A stretch of 64,000 bases of DNA from Candidatus Aminicenantes bacterium. GTDB lineage: Bacteria > Acidobacteriota > Aminicenantia > Aminicenantales > Aminicenantaceae. A program made the translations under genes and the position numbers. Location of the stretch: assembly GCA_016783445.1 (NCBI GenBank), contig JADHWO010000002.1, positions 25,464 through 89,463 of the forward strand. Reading direction: 5' to 3'. Below are positions 58,478 to 64,000 of the stretch, in pieces (the first letter of the stretch is position 1; every line of letters begins with the position of its first letter). A model generated the notes under the pieces. The model searched no databases and had not been told where the DNA came from. It saw only the letters and a list, made by a program, of their open reading frames with translations.

Positions 58478-60064
58478 ATGAGTAATAAGACAAAAAGATC
58501 TTCTGGAAAAAGCTCGTTTTTCAGGGAGAGAGATATATTTAAGATAAAGGCTGTTTGGATTATTGTGATTTTACTCCTAGTTGGTTTTGTATTTGGAAGC
58601 ATGGGAGTTCCGGAAGAAGGAAAAGACTTAAAAATTGCTGTAGCTATGTTTTCCCACGAGACATGCACTTTCTGTCCCAGGCCAACTACTATAAAAGACT
58701 GGGAATACTACGGTCCACCCACCCGTGATATTCTCGGTTTAGACAGAGGATACATCGGTGGCTTTAAAAACATGTGTGAGGAGTATGGAGGTATAAAGCT
58801 TGTTGGTATCCTTTCTCCCCGCGGAGCCCGGGGTGGTTCTTCAGGAAGCTGGATTACAAAGGAAGCCTTTGATAAGTACACAACCCTTATTGCCGGAGAC
58901 CTCAAACAGGCTGGCCCTTTTGATGGCGTTTTTCTTTCTCTTCATGGTGCCATGGCTGTGACAGGAGTGCCTAAACCTGAGGCTGAGATAGTCCGACGGG
59001 TACGCAAGGTAGTTGGGGATATCCCGATTATGGTTTCGCTTGACCTCCATGCCAACGAAGACCATGAACTCTCTGATGCTGCGGATGCGGTCTTCATCAT
59101 CAAGAGATATCCTCACTATGATACAAATCTAATAGGGGAATATGCAGGGAGAGTCATGATCAAGACTATCCGTGGTAAGTATAAACCAACCATGGCAACT
59201 CGAAAACCCGGTGTCATTACCCCTAGTGTTTTTCAGGGAACAGGAGTTTCCCCGGCTATGGACATCATGGAGAGAGCCCGGAGATGGGAGTGTCAGTATA
59301 GTGATGTCTATGTCTCGGTAGCGTTTGGTTTTGCTTATGCGGATGTACCGGATGTTGGAGCAACTGTAATGGTGGTTACCAATAATAATCAGGGGCTTGC
59401 AGACATGATTGCTGATGATATGTCCGGTTATATCTGGAGAGTAAGAAAAGAATTTGCAGGAAAAAAGCTGCCCAAAACAAAAAAAGGAGTGGCCTTGGCC
59501 ATCGGAGCTGCCAGAGCTGGAAAGACGCCTGTTGTCATTGCTGACCACAGCGACAGGACAGGCGGTTCCACGTATATCCTTGAGGAACTTATAAGACAGG
59601 GAGCTGAGAATTTCTGTATAGCCACTCTGCGCGATGAGAAAGCTCTTGAAGAGATTAAGGCTAAGGTAAAAGTAGGGGACACAATCAGCATCGATTTAGG
59701 TGGATATTCAGACAAATTTGCGGGAAATCCCGTCAGGATAAATGGTAAAGTTGAGTTTCTTGGTAATTATGGCAGAGGGACAGTGGCTGTGCTTGTATTC
59801 GGGAAAAACAACAGGGTCATCCTTACTCCACAGCTCATGCAGGTTACAACTCCTCGTATTTTTAGGCCTCTTGGTATTAAACTTGAGAGCCTGGATATAA
59901 TCGTACTCAAGTCCCGTGTCCATTTCAGGAGAGGATTCCATGAGACCGGACTGGCAGGAGCAATATTCGAAGTTGATGCACCTGGCTGGGGTCCTGCTGA
60001 CCTGACTCTACTTCCTTATAAAAATATCCCCAAAGATATCTATCCGATATATAAAAAAAATTGA
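58478..60064 (+). CDS. M81-family metallopeptidase (MlrC/microcystinase-like, DUF1485 + MlrC_C), membrane-anchored
   Basis: KIAVAMFSHETCTFCP is typical of the DUF1485 start. The protein is 528 aa. Confidence 0.75.
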   Translation: MSNKTKRSSGKSSFFRERDIFKIKAVWIIVILLLVGFVFGSMGVPEEGKDLKIAVAMFSHETCTFCPRPTTIKDWEYYGPPTRDILGLDRGYIGGFKNMCEEYGGIKLVGILSPRGARGGSSGSWITKEAFDKYTTLIAGDLKQAGPFDGVFLSLHGAMAVTGVPKPEAEIVRRVRKVVGDIPIMVSLDLHANEDHELSDAADAVFIIKRYPHYDTNLIGEYAGRVMIKTIRGKYKPTMATRKPGVITPSVFQGTGVSPAMDIMERARRWECQYSDVYVSVAFGFAYADVPDVGATVMVVTNNNQGLADMIADDMSGYIWRVRKEFAGKKLPKTKKGVALAIGAARAGKTPVVIADHSDRTGGSTYILEELIRQGAENFCIATLRDEKALEEIKAKVKVGDTISIDLGGYSDKFAGNPVRINGKVEFLGNYGRGTVAVLVFGKNNRVILTPQLMQVTTPRIFRPLGIKLESLDIIVLKSRVHFRRGFHETGLAGAIFEVDAPGWGPADLTLLPYKNIPKDIYPIYKKN

Positions 60065-60127
60065 CATCTAAAACTTCTTTTTTCCTTTTGACTTAAATAT
60101 TATCCTGCAATATAAAATAAAGATACT

Positions 60128-60273
60128 GAGGGCTTGATAAATCAAGCCTCTACATGAAAGAATAATATGAGATTGCTGTGTTTCGCTTGTAAAAACAAAA
60201 CAAATTGTGAGATTGCCACGCTTCGCTCGCAACAGGCTATGTAATCTCATTGCGAGCGAAGCGTGGCAATCTT
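60128..60273. repeat. One family-1 palindrome plus a perfect 24-bp inverted repeat of family 2 that forms a long hairpin
   Basis: The palindrome is gagggcttgataaatcaagcctctac. The inverted repeat is gagattgccacgcttcgctcgcaa (60209-60232) and ttgcgagcgaagcgtggcaatctt (60250-60273). Confidence 0.6.
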
Positions 60274-60315
60274 CTTCGCTCTTCGTTATGACATTAAATT
60301 TTTAAGGAGGTAAAG

Positions 60316-61848
60316 ATGACAGGAAAAGTATTTAAAAAGAGTATTCTCTATGGTTTGGTTATTGCCATCCTGGTTTTGAACCTGGGCATACAGTCGTTTG
60401 CCGCCAAGAAAATACCAAAAGAAAAAAAGCTTGTTCTTGAGTGGCTGAGTCAGTCACAGGTGGTTGAAAAGTTTGGTAAGATCTCGGATGCAATATGGTC
60501 ATACGCTGAGCTCGGGCTGCAGGAATTTAGATCGTCTAAACTCCTGGCAGACACATTGGAAGAAGCCGGATTTAAAGTTGAACGTGGTCTGGCCGGAATG
60601 CCTACCTGTTTTGTGGCTACCTATGGTTCAGGGAAGCCGTTGATAGGGATTCTGGGCGAGTACGATGCTCTTCCCATGCTTTCACAGAAAGGACGAGTTC
60701 CCAAACAGGACCCTGTTCTCAAAGGTGCTCCCGGACACGGTTGCGGCCACAACACTATGTGTACTGCAGCTGCGGCTGCGGCTATTGCCGTAAAACAGGC
60801 TATGGATAAGTATGGATTTGAAGGGACCATAAAAGTCTTTGGCTCGCCGGCTGAAGAAACACTTATAAGCAGGCCTTACATGATAAGAGCCGGGCTTTTT
60901 GATGATGTGGATGCTGTAATCGACAATCACAGCAGCAGTGGATTCGGGACCAGTTACGGCAGGGGAGGGAACGCAATGTTCTCCACTGTTTTCTCTTTTA
61001 AAGGTAAAACCTCTCATGGTGCATCACCCTGGGGAGGCCGCAGTGCCCTCGATGCAGTAGAGATAATGAACGTTGCTACGAATTTTCTCCGAGAACATCT
61101 CTTTTTTACTTACCGTATGCATTATGTAATTCCCGAAGGGGGAGAGGCTCCCAATGTAGTGCCTGACAGGGCCAGCGTATGGTACTTTATCAGAAACAGT
61201 GATGAAAGATTACAGGAGATGTATAGCAAGGTTATTAATTGTGCAAAAGCCGGAGCCCTGGCAACAGGGACGGAATTGAGCATCCGGTGTCTTTCTGCAA
61301 TACACCAGCGTTACGCTAATAAAGCTGCTGCAGAGCTTTTTCAGAAGAACATTGAGCTGGTTGGTATGCCGGAATGGACAGAAGAAGAGCACGCTTTTGC
61401 TAAGTCACTACAGAAAGAACTAGGCAGTCCAGAAAGAGGGATGCCAGCAAGGGTGGGCACGCTGAGAGATCGCCCCCGGACATTTGTAGGAGGCGGATCC
61501 TCTGATGTAGGAGATGTCAGTCTTATCGCTCCAACAGCAACTATCAGGTTCCCGGGACAGGTTCCAGGTGCTATCGGCCATCACTGGTCTTCTGTTGCTA
61601 GCAACTACGGCTCAACAGCCTGGAAAGGGCTCAATGCCGGAGCTAAAGCCATGGCTGCATCAGCTATTGACCTTTTCACCATGCCAAAAGAACTTAAGAA
61701 GCTGCGTGATGAGTTTGAAGCGCAAGCCAAAAAGTTTCCTTATAAACCATTCTTACCTGAAGATGCTGAGCCGCCCCTTGACCTGAACGAGGAATTGATG
61801 AAGAAATGGCGCCAGCTTATGGAGAAATTTTACATCGAGCATAAATAG
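60316..61848 (+). CDS. Secreted M20D-family amidohydrolase (AbgB-like)
   Basis: There is a signal peptide. The GHGCGHN metal-binding motif is present, and the protein is 510 aa. Confidence 0.8.
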   Translation: MTGKVFKKSILYGLVIAILVLNLGIQSFAAKKIPKEKKLVLEWLSQSQVVEKFGKISDAIWSYAELGLQEFRSSKLLADTLEEAGFKVERGLAGMPTCFVATYGSGKPLIGILGEYDALPMLSQKGRVPKQDPVLKGAPGHGCGHNTMCTAAAAAAIAVKQAMDKYGFEGTIKVFGSPAEETLISRPYMIRAGLFDDVDAVIDNHSSSGFGTSYGRGGNAMFSTVFSFKGKTSHGASPWGGRSALDAVEIMNVATNFLREHLFFTYRMHYVIPEGGEAPNVVPDRASVWYFIRNSDERLQEMYSKVINCAKAGALATGTELSIRCLSAIHQRYANKAAAELFQKNIELVGMPEWTEEEHAFAKSLQKELGSPERGMPARVGTLRDRPRTFVGGGSSDVGDVSLIAPTATIRFPGQVPGAIGHHWSSVASNYGSTAWKGLNAGAKAMAASAIDLFTMPKELKKLRDEFEAQAKKFPYKPFLPEDAEPPLDLNEELMKKWRQLMEKFYIEHK

Positions 61849-61866
61849 GGGAGAAGGAGGGTCAAA

Positions 61867-63744
61867 ATGTTTTCTTATAAAAGAATAATACTTAAAGAAT
61901 ACAAGGTCGTTCTTCTACTGTTTATTTTTATCTTTGCTGTAAACAGTTCCAGCACTGGCCGGACTGAGAAGCCAGTGCTTCACGGAAAACACTGGGTCGC
62001 CATCACAGGCAAACCTCTTGCCGCCACTGCCGGAGCCATGATTTTTCAGCGGGGCGGGAATGCCGTAGATGCAGCCTGTGCCATGCTTGGAGCAACATGT
62101 ACTATGTGGGATGTTTTGGGCTGGGGTGGTGAAACCCAGGCGCTGATCTATAATCCCCTTACAAAAAAGGTTATTGGTATAAACGCGCTCGGAGCTGCTC
62201 CCACTGGCGCCACTCCTGAATTCTTCAAGGAAAAAGAGATGGAATATCCACCTTCTTACGGCCCGCTTGCTGCTGTGACTCCTGGGACTCCAGGAGGTCT
62301 GATGACCATGCTGGCTGAGTACGGAACTATGAGCCTTAAAGACGTGCTTGAGCCTTCTAAACAAATGGCAGAAGGCTATCCTGCTGAGGAGGAATTTACT
62401 AGAAGGGTAGAAAGGTCAAAAGACAGGATCAAAAAGTGGCCATATTCCAAGAAAATTTTGCTGCCTCATCTGGGAAAAAAGCACGAGGCTCCTCATCCAG
62501 GGGAGGTCTTTCGACAGCCGGACTTGCTGGAAACTCTGAGGAAACTGGTCGAAGCTGAGCAACAGGCGCTGGATGAAGGAAAAAGCCGTAAAGAAGCTAT
62601 CTATGCAGCTTATGACCGGTTCTATAAGGGGGATATTGCTGAAGAATATACCCGCAGCTGTCAGGAACAGGGGGGGATCATGACCATGGAAGACCTGGCT
62701 AACTGGGAGCTCCATATTGAAGAGCCGGTCAAAACAACCTACAAAGGAATCGAGGTCTACAAGCTGACTTGCTGGGTACAAGGACCTGTTCTTTTGCAGA
62801 TGCTGAATATGCTGGAAAATGTCGATTTAAAATCAATGGGCTTCAATAGCGTGAATTATATTCACACCCTCTACCAAGTGATGAACCTTGCTTATGCTGA
62901 CAGGGATTTCTACTATGGAGACCCTTATTTTCCACCTGAGGAGCCGATAAAAGGATTGCTGTCCAAAGAATACGCGAAAGAACGGTTCAAAAAGATTAAC
63001 TGGAACCTGAATGACCCTGATGTTAAACCTGGAGATCCTTATCCCTTTGAAGGGAAGAAAAATCCTTACCTTCATCTTTTAAAGGAGTGGTCTAATGTGG
63101 GTAAAAAAGATCCAGGCAGGATGAGCGATGCAGAAATTGTAGCTTTTGAAAAAAACTTTACAGCCGGAACTACTTCCATCCAGGCAGCAGATAAGAATGG
63201 CTGGGTTGTTTCTGTAACACCCAGCGGTGGTTGGATTCCAGCTTGTATTGCCGGTAAAACTGGCATTGGGATGAGCCAGCGCATGCAGAGCTTTGTCCTT
63301 GAAGAGGGCAAGAATCCCTTCAATGTTGTCGCTCCTGGAAAGAGACCCCGGGCGACTTTAACACCGAGTATTGCTTTAAAGGATGGCAAGCCTTTCCTCT
63401 CTTTTGCTGTCCAGGGGGGAGATACACAAGATCAGAACTGTTTGCAGTTCTTTTTGAATGTTGTTGAGTTCGGTATGAATGTACAGGAAGCCTGCGAGGC
63501 GCCCAATATTGTGAGCTATCAGATGCAGAGTTCTTTTGGAGAACACATTGCTACTCCGGGCAGGCTTACTCTTAATGAAGCAGTTCCCAAAAAAGTTAGG
63601 CAACTCCTTACAGATATGGGGTACAGGTTAAGATATAGCAAGTATACATCAGGTCCCCTAAATGCAATCTTTTTTGACTGGAAACACCGTACTTTCTGGG
63701 GAGGTTCCAGTAACTATGGCGAAGACTACGGAATCGCCTGGTAG
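61867..63744 (+). CDS. ggt: Gamma-glutamyltransferase
   Basis: The autoprocessing site is FTAGTTS (catalytic Thr). The C-terminal small-subunit motifs GGDTQDQ are present. Confidence 0.85.
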   Translation: MFSYKRIILKEYKVVLLLFIFIFAVNSSSTGRTEKPVLHGKHWVAITGKPLAATAGAMIFQRGGNAVDAACAMLGATCTMWDVLGWGGETQALIYNPLTKKVIGINALGAAPTGATPEFFKEKEMEYPPSYGPLAAVTPGTPGGLMTMLAEYGTMSLKDVLEPSKQMAEGYPAEEEFTRRVERSKDRIKKWPYSKKILLPHLGKKHEAPHPGEVFRQPDLLETLRKLVEAEQQALDEGKSRKEAIYAAYDRFYKGDIAEEYTRSCQEQGGIMTMEDLANWELHIEEPVKTTYKGIEVYKLTCWVQGPVLLQMLNMLENVDLKSMGFNSVNYIHTLYQVMNLAYADRDFYYGDPYFPPEEPIKGLLSKEYAKERFKKINWNLNDPDVKPGDPYPFEGKKNPYLHLLKEWSNVGKKDPGRMSDAEIVAFEKNFTAGTTSIQAADKNGWVVSVTPSGGWIPACIAGKTGIGMSQRMQSFVLEEGKNPFNVVAPGKRPRATLTPSIALKDGKPFLSFAVQGGDTQDQNCLQFFLNVVEFGMNVQEACEAPNIVSYQMQSSFGEHIATPGRLTLNEAVPKKVRQLLTDMGYRLRYSKYTSGPLNAIFFDWKHRTFWGGSSNYGEDYGIAW

Positions 63745-63862
63745 AAGCCTTATAACGACAAAAGGATCAGATTTGAAAATTTAATCCTAAAATTTCAAAA
63801 TTCTAATAATATAAACCAAGTTATGCCTAAATCCGTAGTATGAATTGAGGAGGCAAACAGAG

Positions 63863-64000
63863 ATGAGATTTTTTAAAAGCCTAAAAATATTTCTAATAAT
63901 CTTTCTTGTCGGAGGATTTGTGGGATGTGAAGTAGCCGGTGATATGCAGGAGGAGACCAGAAGCATTGAGTTAGGCAGTGCTGAATCTGTGGAAATAAAT
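63863..64000 (+). CDS. Lipoprotein, N-terminal fragment; the 3' end lies outside the window
   Basis: The RBS is ggagg. The lipobox is LVGGFVGC. Confidence 0.4.
   Translation, partial: MRFFKSLKIFLIIFLVGGFVGCEVAGDMQEETRSIELGSAESVEIN

Noticed and set aside
60621-61017. Minus-strand ORFs inside the M20D amidohydrolase gene
   Set aside because: They are antisense shadow ORFs within a gene that has clear M20D motifs.

Overview
This is a 64-kb chromosomal window from an unidentified bacterium that uses Shine-Dalgarno sequences and has moderate, patchy GC. It looks like an uncultivated peptide- and glycoside-degrading lineage. All calls were made by reading the translated ORFs and the DNA directly; no searches were run.

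Gene content, left to right:
- 1-3494: end of an RND adaptor gene plus a CusA/CzcA-type heavy-metal RND pump.
- 3550-5261: an IS5/IS1182-superfamily insertion sequence. It sits in the centre of a REP-like palindrome and has made a TTCA target duplication.
- 5388-12909: a convergent MdtABC-like operon, with one membrane-fusion protein and two tandem RND permeases.
- 13884-20494: a secreted peptidase cluster of two paralogous M14 carboxypeptidases with Ca-binding D-x-D-G inserts, plus an S9B dipeptidyl peptidase IV.
- 20642-23901: an AT-rich GntR / ABC ATPase / ABC-2 permease operon. The permease is fused to a beta-propeller domain.
- 24006-28572: a TPR protein with an HExxH motif, an APC amino-acid permease, and a membrane protein / winged-helix regulator pair.
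- 28934-29474: an AbrB/MazE-RelE/ParE toxin-antitoxin pair in an AT-rich island.
- 30136-47144: two blocks of a 3-keto-glycoside-type catabolic gene set. They contain three Tat-exported Gfo/Idh/MocA oxidoreductases, DUF1080 hydrolase domains (one gene carries two of them fused to HEAT repeats), a xylose-isomerase-like TIM barrel, and a GHMP kinase. A serine-palmitoyltransferase-like alpha-oxoamine synthase, a secreted kinase-like protein and a GWxTD protein lie among them.
- 47426-50263: a TRAP transporter (DctPQM).
- 50339-52945: an LpxR-like outer-membrane protein, a lipoprotein, and a stand-alone Cas4-like PD-(D/E)XK nuclease with four cysteines.
- 53325-57269: a small TIGR04076-like protein, an unusual three-domain fusion (cNMP-binding + acetate kinase + PduL phosphotransacylase), a DUF1059 protein and a parvulin PPIase.
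- 58478-64000: an M81 (MlrC-like) peptidase, an M20D amidohydrolase and gamma-glutamyltransferase.

The intergenic DNA is unusually rich in repeats. There are three copies of a roughly 250-bp structured element (13549-13834, 36522-36758 inverted, 47148-47425). There is a REP-like palindrome family GTAGGRGCTTGATTYATCAARCCC, which is the IS target. There is a second family GAGATTGCCRCGTCRC...TCGCAATGA. There is also a 26-bp motif, AATGTCAARTGTTGAGAYGCGACCCC, present three times. No rRNA, tRNA or CRISPR array was recognised.
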